Shown: positions 41,715-53,491 of the stretch, piece by piece | How positions within the stretch are numbered: the first letter of the stretch is position 1 | Layout: each line of letters starts with the position of its first letter | Assembly (NCBI GenBank): GCA_051294375.1 | Contig: CM119264.1 | Span: forward strand, 24,665,842 to 24,729,841 | Direction: 5' to 3' | Origin: Paraspadella gotoi | Lineage: Eukaryota; Animalia; Chaetognatha | DNA: 64,000 bases | Translations under genes and position numbers: made by a program | The notes under the pieces: model-generated | Told to the model about the DNA's origin: nothing | The model's database searches: none | Seen by the model: the letters and a program-made list of their open reading frames with translations, nothing else

Positions 41715-42363
41715 CGGCAAAGAGAGAGATCGAGTGAGAAATATGTTAGTGTAAACATCCCTATTTTCTGCCTTAGAACGAAAGACTCGTGGCTCCAGGC
41801 GGCGACAACGGCAGCGGCAGCGGCAGNNNNNNNNNNCATTTACGTTTTAGGAGAAAAAAGTATGGAGTAAAGGAAGAAGGGAGATTTTGAAATGAAGGCA
41901 CGAAAATGGTTTTTCTTTATTTCTTTGCTCAACAATACAAACTTTTTTATTAAGAAAAACTAAAAATTAAAAAAGTATATAGCGGAACAAAATTACAAAC
42001 TCCTTTTGAATGGCTGGGATGAGAGTTTTTATTTTGCATCGCGTATGATACATAGGGTCTAATAGTTTTGAGGTTAAATTATACCCAAAAAATTATGATT
42101 TTTATGAGATGTGTTCGTGACTGTAATATAACAAAATGTTTTGATCAGTATTCCGTAATATACTTTTTTAAGCCTTTCGCCAACACAACGATAAAAATAA
42201 CAACAACAACAACAACAAGTCGTCGCCCGAAGTTCGCGTCTATTTCTTTCTTCGTCGATCCTTTCCTTCAGATCATTTTTTCGCCTCTGGACATTTCTTT
42301 CCTTTTCTTCTTCCTCTGACATTCACCTTTTTTTTCTTCGTTCTGCGCAACTTCGGGGCATGT

Positions 42364-42431
<68 letters not shown>

Positions 42432-43227
42432 ATTCAAAAATATATATTTAATATATAACATTAAAACTCCTTTCTCCATTACTCTTCAACTCTTCCAACT
42501 CTTTGTAACGTCATCATCCCCTAGAAGGCCGTTAAACGAGAGGCAAACGCCGTCCGTCTTTATTTGACCTACCTATTGTTTTCATAATATTTGGCTTATT
42601 TTCTCTCCTTGTACCAGTAATTTTTGTTCATACATAATTCTGATGTTCGAAAAGTTCATATCTGGGAAGTAACAAAGCATTCGGTTATAAATTTAGATTG
42701 AACAATTGTCGAAAGTTAATTTCGCCAATTATTTTGGCAAATCTTTTTCGCAGTATTTATTTTTTTCAAGAAATGTGACTTTTTCCACAATTCTCAAGTT
42801 GAGAGTCTTTCACCACACCATCCCGAATCCTCTCTAGATGGCAAGTAGTGCCATATGAGCCGATTTCGAGACGGCACTTAGCGGCTAAGGCCTCTGGTTA
42901 GAGCCTCTGGCAATTCAACTTAAACTTGAAGCGTTCGGCACGTTGACGAAAAGTTAAAAGGAAAAATTAAAGATGGAAGATTTGGGGCGGCAAATTAAAA
43001 CGAAATTAAATCAAAGTTGACTTGGCGCTGCGACTAGCATAGCCAAACTTTAATTTCACTAAACAAATTTTTAGAAGCTAAACTTGTATAATGACTAATT
43101 TCAAAGCGATTTGAACAGCGGCCTTACCTATCCCGCCGTCAATTTATATTTTAACTAAAAAACCGGATTTAAATTTAAACCGGTTTTTTCTTTACTCAGA
43201 ATTTGCCGTTCCGACGATTTTACTGAA

Positions 43228-43361
43228 ATGGATTTTGTTGCGAAATCCGTGATTTTCACGTCCGCGTTACTGACGATCGTCGTTAGTCGCGACTCTTTGG
43301 CCAATTTGGATTCTGCTGCGTTTTTAAAAGCGTTGGATGCGATGAAAGTAAGAAACGAAAA
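43228..43361 (+). CDS. Exon 1 of the LRR-KEN receptor (ATG and signal peptide)
   Basis: MDFVAKSVIFTSALLTIVVSRDSLANLDSAAFLKALDAMKVRNE, followed by a consensus donor gtaagt; phase matches exon 2. Confidence 0.75.
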
Positions 43362-46300
43362 GTAAGTTTAAACCGGGAAGTTAAAGCAACGGGTCCCTTT
43401 CTGCGATAAACTTTGATTAAATGTGTTTTTTCTTTCTTTCTTTCTTCAGTTCGTACCGTAATTTTTCATCGGGGCTAATAAGCAATTCGGAAAACCATTG
43501 TCAAATTTCTTGCGAATATTTACCAATAAATATTTATTATTTTCGCGTTGATCTATGGATGTGTGGATGGCGAACGCTTTCAAAAATTGAATATCGGAGC
43601 AAACCGGGTGATTTTTTCGAAAGAAAGTCATTAAAAAAAAACATTTAGTTTTATTTTAATTTTATATTTTGTTTGTTAGTTTGTTAGAGATGAAATTTTT
43701 TGAACATCATGAGTAAAAAAACTAACGGAATTACTGATGATTTAGTAACTAATAACACTTAATTGGAATTATTAACAGGCTGCACGGAACTAACGAGGTC
43801 AATTATGAATAATGCGACCACTCTTCAAGGAATCAACATGAGAGATATTCAAAGCTCTACCTTTAGCTTGTTATTTTCTAATTTAGGAATAGAACGTCTA
43901 GAAGACTTTTTCATAGATTCGTATGAAAATTTGAAATTACTAGCTTTTATTCAGAATAACATAACACATATCGGAAAGAATACCCTGAAATCTCCTAGTC
44001 ATTTGCTCTGTCTTTTTTTATTGAAGAACAGCATTCAAAGTATTGACGAAGTCTCTTTTAAAAATTTTAAAAATATGGTGATGCTTTTTATAAGAGAAAA
44101 CGTGACCTTGAATATAAAATCAGAAACTTTGGGACACATGCCTTTGCTACAGACGTTGGATTTGTCGAAGAATTTTAAGATAAACCTTTCGCGCGACGCT
44201 TTCACGAATAACGTATTTTTGAGGTTCATCAATTTGACCGGAACTCAATTATCGAGTTTTGAAGCCATAACGTCTTCTCCCAGAGTTAGAAATTTGATAC
44301 TCAGCGAGAATTCTCTCACCAAATTAGAATTCAATCGTAGAAATATGGTAATCGTGGATTTGCAAGTGGAAAACAATTTGATTTCCAAAATTTCAGAAAA
44401 TAGCTTTAAAATTTTGACGGGCGTACGTTCTCTGACGCTTCTCGGTAACCCGATCGAAAAAATTGGGGAAAACGCATTTTCGTTCATGACTGACGACGAC
44501 TTGACCATCGAATTTGGGTGCGGTCGATTTCATCTCCAAAATTTAAAAATGAAATTGCACAAAGATGCCTTTAGAAACGTGGGAAAGATTCGTTGTCTTA
44601 AAATAGAAGGTTGTTTGCAAAATTTAGAGAACCACACATTCGTAAACGTTTCTATAATAGAATTACAAATTCGAAAGAATTTCCTGCTTAAAAACATTTT
44701 TGAGAGGACCTTCTATGGATTGCGTGACACAGTCAATCTGGACCTGAGTTTAAATCGCTTACAGTTTATTGATAAAAATGCGTTTGCAGGTTTATCCAAA
44801 CTAAAAACCTTACAATTGAACGATAACCAATTAAAAACAATAGATTCAAGCTTGCTCGACCATGTGAAATTAATAAAGAGTCTTGATCTTTCAAATAATC
44901 GCTTAGAAAGAGTTCCTGAAAATTTGTTTAAGTATCAAGAGGAGCTTCAAACTCTTAATCTAGGAAACAATTCCATTTCCTTTATAGAAAAATCATTTTT
45001 TAATGAAACTTTAAACTTACGGTTTCTCATACTAAGTAACAATAAATTTAAAGATATGCCCATTAATTGGATGTATAACTTGAAAAACTTATATGAACTA
45101 GATTTTTCAGGTAATGCAATCTCTCGTATTAAGAGCCTAAATTTGAGATTGGAATTTTTAGAAATTTTAGACTTGAGCAATAATTTGATTCAAAATATTC
45201 CAAAAAAATCACTGAAATCTAATTCATTGAAAAAATTTTACCTCCGCGCTAACAAGCTGGAGAATTACAATGAGCAAGAAATGTTTCTTGACTTTATTGA
45301 TTTGAGTTTTAATAACATATCGAATTTACTAGGAATAGTTCGGCCTCTATGTCTAAATGCAAAAAAACTTACAATACTTTTGAACAATAATAAATTAAAG
45401 AATATAGATACAATGGAATTGTATAAAATTCCCTGTAATTTACACATTAATATTAGCCACAACTTTTTGACCAATACATTTTTTTTATACATCACGAGCT
45501 TCATTAAACTAGCAAAATGTGTAGATCTTAGTTTCAACCAACTTAAAACATTGTCAAAAAGTGATTTAGACACTTTTAAAAAAATGGATTCGATTTCTTT
45601 GCAAAAAAACCCCTGGAACTGCAATTGTGAAAACCTTGAGTTAATGTTTTACTTGTCCACGTTCAAGGACATCCCCTGCTGTCCCATCAATTGCAGTTGC
45701 CTCATTGCAGATGAGTGGAATCGACAGCTATTTATCAACTGCAAGATGACAGCGCAATCTTCTCTTCCGTATTGTATTCCTTTTCCAGAAACAGAATTGG
45801 ATTATTCCTATAATAACTTAACAGAATTAGCTTTTCCTAAAAATCCATATCGAATCAAACGACTCAACATGTCCTTCAACCAAATTTCCCTCATCCACGA
45901 GATTCCAAGTTCTCAATTAGCCAATCTTCGAAGTTTGGACTTGAGAGGCAACAGTCTCACAACAGTCCCAGAAGAACTGAGACTCTTAAAGGACGTCCTT
46001 ATTGTGAGCGACAACCCTTTAAACTGTGATGATTGTAAGCTAGTCCATTATCTTCACGATTTAATGCAGTCAACTTCTCAATCAATTCACTGCAAAAAAA
46101 CCGACATTAGTTCCGCTTATCGCTCTTGTTGGATGAAAGAAACTCTGACGCCGATCTTGCTTTTAACAATTCTTGGTGTCTTTGTTTTAATCACACTGTT
46201 TTTGTCATCTTTGATGATTTATCTGATTTACCTTCGCCGACGCTTTCCCAGTCATCATAATCGACATTTGGCTTCGCGAAAACTTTACCAACGCGAGTTG

Positions 46301-47788
46301 AAAATCTTGGCGGGGCTCAATCACCAAAATGTCCTCAAAATGGTGGCAAACCTTTACACTTGGAACCCGTTTCAAAAGTTTAACGGTCATCTTTTTTTTG
46401 AAAAAACGGATAGAAGTTTGTCGGATTTTGCTGTCTCTATAAAAAATGTAGAGACTGGGCTCAAACTCCACTCGATCCGTGTCGAGCTTGTCAAGCAGCT
46501 CATGCTGGCTTTAGATTATCTCCACACGCTTAAGACTCCAGTCCTACACAATCGCATCTGCATTGAAAGCCTTCATGTGAAAATTCTTGGAAATAAGTTT
46601 ACCTTAAAGTTGCTCGATTTTTCCGATGCAGAGCTGGCCGCAACAATCGACATTGACCAAAATGTTGACATGATTGCATCCGCAAAGGTCGTTCGCATAA
46701 TCGCCAGTGGAGGTGACGATCGAGTGGAGAATGTAGAGTTTCAAGTATTGATCAAGTGTCTCGTCAATAAGGGCTTTCAGGCTGCTGACGCTCTTCAGTG
46801 CCCAGCGCTGGCGAATGAATCTTCAAAGGTGCTCGATGTAGGACTCTTGAATGAACTTATGATAGAGGACGCGACTGACTCGGATCGAGACAATGCTGAA
46901 AGGCATGCTGGACTGATCATTGGCGAGAGTGGAACCTGGCACCAGCTGTTGGATCCGCGCCTACTGCGGAGGTTTGCTAGTCGAGGACGCGGCTACCGTG
47001 TCTCTTCTTTTACCGGTCTGTTGAGATTCTCCCGCAATGTTGTGCTTCACGCGAATCAGCGAGAAAATGGGGATCTCTTTAGGCGGTTGTGCGGGAGCGG
47101 AGAGACGAATCCTTTGCCCGCCGAGATATTTTACTGCCTTCTTCGTCCATTTCCTTTCTTTTACTGTCACTCTCTCTCTGTTCTTTGGCGAATGGGCCGT
47201 GTCGACTCTAAAAATGATGTTTTCTTGACAACATATGAATCTCATGAGCGAGAGGTTTTTGAGTCTACTTCTGTAAGAGTCTCTCCAGAAAAGTCTTCGG
47301 TTGAAGTTCGCCTCGGAGCTCTCGTGTCCTCTGAACTAAGTGACGCGAAAACCTGGCGCCTCGAATTTTCAGAGGATTGGACGCTCATTCCCGCGGGGCC
47401 TCTTAAGGCTCGCCTTTTGGAAATTGCCCAGGAGGCGTTTCCCGGCATTGAGATTGCTAAGGTTATTGTCAAGGACCAAGAGGCGGGCGTTGTTTTTCAA
47501 CCTTTGGATGACCATTCGAAAACTCCGGCGCCAATTATGAATGGCGCCATTTTGACGATGGCGCTGATGGAGGCGCGGGTTAGAGTGGGCGATGATGGGG
47601 ACGTTGAGACAGTCGCGTTTCGAGAGACATATAATGTCCGAGCCTTGGCGGGGCCTTTTGCCGGGAGGGCCGGAAGAAATGTCAGTCAAGTTGTGGTAAT
47701 GATAAATGGGCAGCGAATCGGACTGAGGACGAGGATTTTGGATACACCTTTTGGCGATCACGTCTTTCAACTTAGTTTTGTAACATGA
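43228..47788 (+). CDS. Type I membrane receptor, about 1433 aa: signal peptide - Toll-type LRR ectodomain - TM - pseudokinase - KEN ribonuclease - ubiquitin/SUMO-like tail. Exons 43228-43361, 43450-43607, 43779-47788
   Basis: 1341-codon open frame 43763-47788 with many LxxLxLxxNxL repeats, cysteine caps, a 27-aa hydrophobic stretch followed by RRR, kinase remnants and a KEN motif. The two upstream exons join in frame with canonical GT-AG sites (gtaagt 43362 / ttcttcag 43449, phase 2; gtgatt 43608 / attaacag 43778, phase 1). They supply an ATG and the signal peptide MDFVAKSVIFTSALLTIVVS. Confidence 0.9.
43450..43607 (+). CDS. Exon 2 of the LRR-KEN receptor (Cys-containing N-terminal cap region)
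   Basis: Strong polypyrimidine tract plus cag at 43449; open frame SYRNFSSGLISNSENHCQISCEYLP...EYRSKP; phases fit both neighbouring exons. Confidence 0.7.
43779..46150 (+). other. LRR ectodomain of multi-cysteine-cluster (Toll-like) layout: LRRs - LRRCT - LRRNT - LRRs - LRRCT
   Basis: Repeats such as LKTLQLNDNQL, LQTLNLGNNSI and LEILDLSNNLI; NPWNCNC at 45608, CCPINCSC at about 45677, NPLNCDDC at about 46013. Confidence 0.9.
46154..46234 (+). other. Single transmembrane helix
   Basis: ILLLTILGVFVLITLFLSSLMIYLIYL followed by an RRR stop-transfer signal. Confidence 0.9.
46292..46810 (+). other. Truncated protein-kinase-like (pseudokinase) domain
   Basis: RELKILAGLNHQNVLKM (alphaC-beta4), KQLMLALDYLH..VLHNRICIESLHV (alphaE and a catalytic loop without HRD), LKLLDFS (DFG equivalent), DMIASAKVVRIIASGG (alphaF), AADALQCPAL (alphaI). 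No Gly-rich loop or VAIK lysine visible. Confidence 0.8.
46815..47195 (+). other. KEN (Ire1 / RNase L-type) ribonuclease domain
   Basis: WHQLLDPRLLRRFASRGRGYRVSSFTGLLRFSRNVVLH...EIFYCLLRPFPFFYCH matches the KEN pattern W....D......Y...S...LLR..RN...H ... F.....FP....H and lies directly after the kinase fold. Confidence 0.82.
47300..47785 (+). other. One or two putative ubiquitin-like (beta-grasp) domains; the last (47567-47785) is SUMO-like
   Basis: MEARVRVGDDGDVETVAFRETYNVRALAGPFAGRAGRNVSQVVVMINGQRI has the beta-beta-alpha-beta-(D/N)GxxI pattern of SUMO/ubiquitin folds; there is no terminal GG. The preceding ~90 aa show a similar but weaker pattern. Confidence 0.5.
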
Positions 47789-49319
47789 TAGCCTACTTTA
47801 TGTTTAGATGTATCACTTTTTATGTGTTTAGTATCGTTACGTACAATAATATTTTCTGATCTTTAAAAATAATTTTCAAAATAAATATGTTTTTGGCTAA
47901 ATGATTTAATTTTAATTTAGATTTTATTTTAACAAATATTTTAAATATTATTTTACTAATGAGAGGAAACTAAATGCTTTAAAAATGTTTTGATTGTTTA
48001 AAAATTTCGAAGCATGAATTTCAACTACAATGTTTTTGGTGATTTTATTGTTGGGCGAAAAAATATTGAGCTTTATTATCCCATTGGTTATTTTTGTGGT
48101 TTTATTTTCAATTTTTTTGATGATCAATGTTCTACTTATTATTGTAACTTTGTCGGTCAATTTATTGCCTAAAAAAAACGCGATTATTCAAAAAAATAAT
48201 TGTTATCCTTTTATCCCGAACTAACTAAGACCACAACGGGAGGTAGAAAAAATTGAAAGTGTCACTACGGAAAGGTATAGATAAAATGATTTTGACATTG
48301 TCTTGCCGGTAGTCAAATTAATTTACCCAGGTTTTCATTCAACTTTTTTTTATTGTCAATTTCTTACTCTTATTACATTTTTTATATGTCTCGTGATAGT
48401 GATTAAAAGAGTAATTATTTCTCCAAATAGTAATTGATCTCATTCATTCCTGCTATTTTCTTTCAGTTAACCAAAAAAATTAAAAAATATTTTTCTCTGG
48501 TTCCTTTTATCTTTTAATTCTTATCCCTACATTTCCCTGTCTAACCGATCCGATGTTTAAACGCCCTCCTAATTCGCTCACCCTATCACTCTCCAAGCCC
48601 CCCTCAGCCCCCAATATGCGCCGCCCCACTAGCTCCAACAAATCCGTCTTAAATTTCGACAACACTCCTCCCACTCCAGCTCTTCCTCCTCCTCTTCCTC
48701 CGGCTCCTCCTCCTTCGCCAATGCACCCACATGCCTCGTCTTCCTTCCCGCATACGAACCCCCTTCAAAAAAACAGCTCGATGAGAGAGAGAGAGGGAGT
48801 GAGAGTGAGAGAGAGAGAGAGAAGCCTTACCTCGCACCGAGGGGCTGAAAGGCCGCGTTCCGACGTAATTCGATAACCCGAGAAGGGAAACAAACTTACT
48901 CGCTTGGGAAGAAGAGGGGGAGGATGAGGAAGAGGGGGAGGATGAGGAAGAGGGGGGGTGAGGGAGAATGAGAAGAAAGGAGAGGAGTCGGGGGAGAGAG
49001 GGCAGGAGTTAAAGAAATGGGATGTGATGGGAGGAAGGATAGAGAGAGAGTTATTTGTTCGGATGAAATAAAACAAAGAGCGAGGAAGGGGCGGGAAAGG
49101 GAGTGAGGTGGGGCTTTTCCTCGAGAGAAGAAAGTGATATGGGTTCGAGTCTGCGTTGTCTTGGGGTTGGAAGTAAGAAGGAGAAAGGTAGTTGCGAGAG
49201 GCTTGAAAAAAGCGGCGGAGAAGAGAGAGAGGAATCCTTAAGGCTTAGAAGACAGGTTGAGGAAACCTTTTCCCAATTTCGTCGTTCACCCGAGGCGACC
49301 CTGGCCACTTGGTTTTATT

Positions 49320-49377
<58 letters not shown>

Positions 49378-49726
49378 CTCTTGCCACGTGGCAATAGCGT
49401 TGAGCGTGTGTTATTTTTTTACCGTTTCAGGCATTCAGAATAAATCGTCAACAAAAGTCAAATTACAGATTATATTAGATTAGATTAGATTAGATTATAT
49501 CATTTAAAAAAGATAATAAATTCTCGCTGAGTCTAGACTATTTATTGTAATCTCCCAACATCAACAACGGTGAAGAGAAAGAGAAGAGAGAGAGAGAGAG
49601 GTAAGAGATGTAATGAACTGAAGATAAGAGAGAAGTAAGAGAGAGAGAAGAAAAACAGCGAAAACGAAAATCCGTCAACGCTGATAATTTATTCGAATAT
49701 TCTCTGGTGACTGCGCTCTATTTGAT

Positions 49727-49816
<90 letters not shown>

Positions 49817-50115
49817 ACCAGTAGTGTCCGAACTGGAATGCCCAATGCCCATCTCTCCTCGGATTCAATTATCCCTCAACCCTAACCAATTATCCATCTT
49901 CTTTTCAACTCCCTCGGCTCGAGTTTGTCTTGCCCTGCCGCTCGACTGAGCTGACTGTCTCCGCCCTGACCCCTGCTCCCACTTGCCGCGGACCTGTCCC
50001 TTTCTATTTCACCCTACGGCCGGGCTGTTCTCGCCCAGCCATAGATCGTTTTCTTCAGTTCCCTTCGGCTGAATTTAAATTCTTTTTCCATGACAGTTAA
50101 TCGAGATTATCATTC

Positions 50116-50252
<137 letters not shown>

Positions 50253-51731
50253 CTTTGTGTTCTTTCCTGCCTGTTTTTCTTTCTTTCTTCAACAATATCA
50301 TTCAAATCATTTTCTCTTATTATAACTTATAGATCTTTAAAAAAGACCTTCCCAAATGTAAATATATCTTGAGATTGACTTTATCCCCGAATCGAGAAAG
50401 TTACGCCGATATAGATGACGATTTATGAAAAGCAAACAAGTTTTTTTTTTTTAGCATAAAAAAATTTCAAAATTTCAAATTTGTCTTTTCAACGAAAAGC
50501 GAAAGTTAAAATTTCACAAATTTGGAAGTTTTTCAAGAACGATAATTTTGGCAAACGATCGTCACTGAAGGCAAACTCTCATTTACTATAATACAAATTT
50601 TTTTTCAATGTGGTAAAGCATTATTTTAAAGCAATCCTCAAAACCCGCTATTGACCACTCACCTTCCAACAAACCCCACACGTTTCTCCCCCTCCCCCCA
50701 ACGTCTTCGTCCCCCCCCCTGTCCCGTCGCAACCCTTGGCCCTCAGGGGTCGAGTGGCCCCCGCGGCTGAGACCAGCGGGAGCCAGCGACTCGTATTAAC
50801 CCGAGACGAGAACCAAATTACCTCCTTTTCTTTCCTTTATTTTCTTCTCATTTTCTTTCCCTTACATTTTTATTTTATCCATTTTCTGTTTTTCTCATTT
50901 TTTTCATTCTTTTTTTAAAATAATTCACGTTATTTTTCTCCTGTCCCCTCGTTATATTTTTCTTTTGATATAAAACCGCTTTTACTTCGTTTTTTTTCTT
51001 TTAATTTTCCTTATTTTTTTCCCTTTTTTCTCATTTTCTCTTCAAGATTTATGTCTCCCCTTTTTTAAGTTTTACGCGCGTTCCTCTTTACTCAAATATT
51101 TTTCTCGTTTTTTCGCTTTTGCTGTTTTTTTCCTCACTTTTTCATCGTTTAAATTATTTTTTTGAAAAATATTTAGATATATTATTTATTTGTAATATGT
51201 TTATTATGTGTTTATTTCAAACAAATTAAAAAAGGAACTAAATATTCAATCTATTAATACTATATAAACCTATTTTGGTGGTCGAGCTTTCCTTTCCTCC
51301 CCTAGAGTAATCTTCTCGCTCTGAGCTGAAACGCAAAGCCGTCAAATTGTAACGCGTTTTTGATAACAGAATAAAAAGTCTGAACCTAAAAAAAAGGAAC
51401 ATTTGTCTCCCTTAAGATTTATCTTTTCTCTTCTTTCCTCTTCTGCTCCTCTCATCGCAATCCTTCTCTCATCTTCACTTCCTTTAATTTTGCATTCACA
51501 ATGTAAGCAACGTATTTGTATGAATGTGTTATATAATAGAAAATACAGATTTTTTATTCAATCCTAAAAGGAAAAAAAAGTTTTTTTGTACAGTACAGTT
51601 TGAGACATGGCTTCAAAAATGTTCGACTGCACCCACCAACGAGATTACCCTACCTTAAAAAGCCCCTCTCCCTCACCTCAGCTTGGCTCCAGCAAAGGTC
51701 ATCATTTTGTCTCGAGGCTGCAACGCAAAAA

Positions 51732-51818
<87 letters not shown>

Positions 51819-52377
51819 AACCTTCACAGTCTGCGTGTTTTTGCTGACTTTTTTAGAATCATTTTTTCTGACATTTGCCTATTTTTCGTCGGGGGTGGGG
51901 GTCTGGAGAATTTTAAATATTTTGAAACGTAGACTTAACCTTAGGTGGTTTTCTATCATGTACCTATAAATACCACAAAAATACTGAAAGCGGCCAAAAA
52001 AATTGACGGAATCGAAATAGACAAAAGGTCTTACATCATCAGGTAAATAGTGTTACCAGGATTACAAAGGTTTAGGTAACTCACTGTTACTGACTCACTG
52101 ATTTTATCAAAAAAAAAATTAAATTCTAACCCCAATTTTTTTAAACGTTCAAAATAAGGACGACGACTACGACGACGACGACGATGAATACGAAAACTAA
52201 ATCTATTCGTACCTTCGTTTTTTTTTATCCTCCTTTCACGAAATTTTCACGCCACCAGTCACGATTGACGACAGCCGCGTCACTCTCTCTCTCTCTCTTT
52301 CTCTCTCACTTTCTCTCTCTTTCTCTCTCACTTTCTCTCTCTTTCTCTCTCTCTCTCTCATCTTCTCTCTCTCTCTG

Positions 52378-52477
<100 letters not shown>

Positions 52478-52954
52478 CCTCCCTCCCTCCCTCTCTCTCT
52501 CTCTCTCTCTCTCACTCTCTCTCCCCACAATCATCTGCCTTTCATCTCTCCCCCTATCGCATCTCATCTCACTTTATGTTTTCCTCGTCGAAAAACCCAT
52601 TTTCTCAGCTGCTCAACCGTCAGTCTCTTCGGGCACCGTTTCACTTTTACTAAAGGGGGTCGGGGAGGGGAGAATGTTCATTTGTTTTCCTCTAGTTACT
52701 CACGTGAGATACAGAGCATAATAGGAGCGAAAAAAAATGATAGCAGTGCTAAGGACCCGGTGGAGCCGATCATAGAAATCACGAGCTCGACAGGCCTGAC
52801 ATGGCGAAGCAGGGACACGAAACAGGAGCAGGGAACATGACAAGGTATATAGTGAAAGCGGGAATCAGAGCAGCAGGCAGCAACAGGAAAAGTAGCTGCT
52901 GTAGGAGAAAACGAATCGACCTTATTATCTCGTCCGATTCTCCTCTTTCTTTTC

Positions 52955-53013
<59 letters not shown>

Positions 53014-53364
53014 AGAAGCTCGTCCATCATCTCGTCAAAACCGACCGCCAAACAATGACAAAACCACCCTAATGATATTTTGAAACGTTGCCTTAAAAAA
53101 CTATCACCAAACCATAAATATTAGCGCAAAATTCTCCTAATATTGTGGACCTTTCTTAGTAATTCCCTACCTCTAAAATTAAAATCATGTTTTTTCTCCT
53201 GCCTCATAATTAGTACGTTCACCGTTCTGCCTAACAACAGTCATCTTACCAAATCCCTCCCTGCCCATCGTCCGACCCACCGTGCCCTCTGCTGCAGTAC
53301 CAGCGATCCTCATCGTCTGTTAACTAAAATCTCTCTCCCGTCGCTTTGTTTTTCTTTCATTTTT

Positions 53365-53491
<127 letters not shown>

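Noticed and set aside
44035-47770. Antisense and alternate-frame ORFs within the receptor exon
   Set aside because: Shadows of the main coding frame.
43763-47788. Calling the receptor a canonical TLR, IRE1 or a plant-type LRR receptor kinase
   Set aside because: No TIR boxes; no Ire1 luminal domain; the kinase lacks catalytic motifs and is followed by KEN. No gene symbol assigned.
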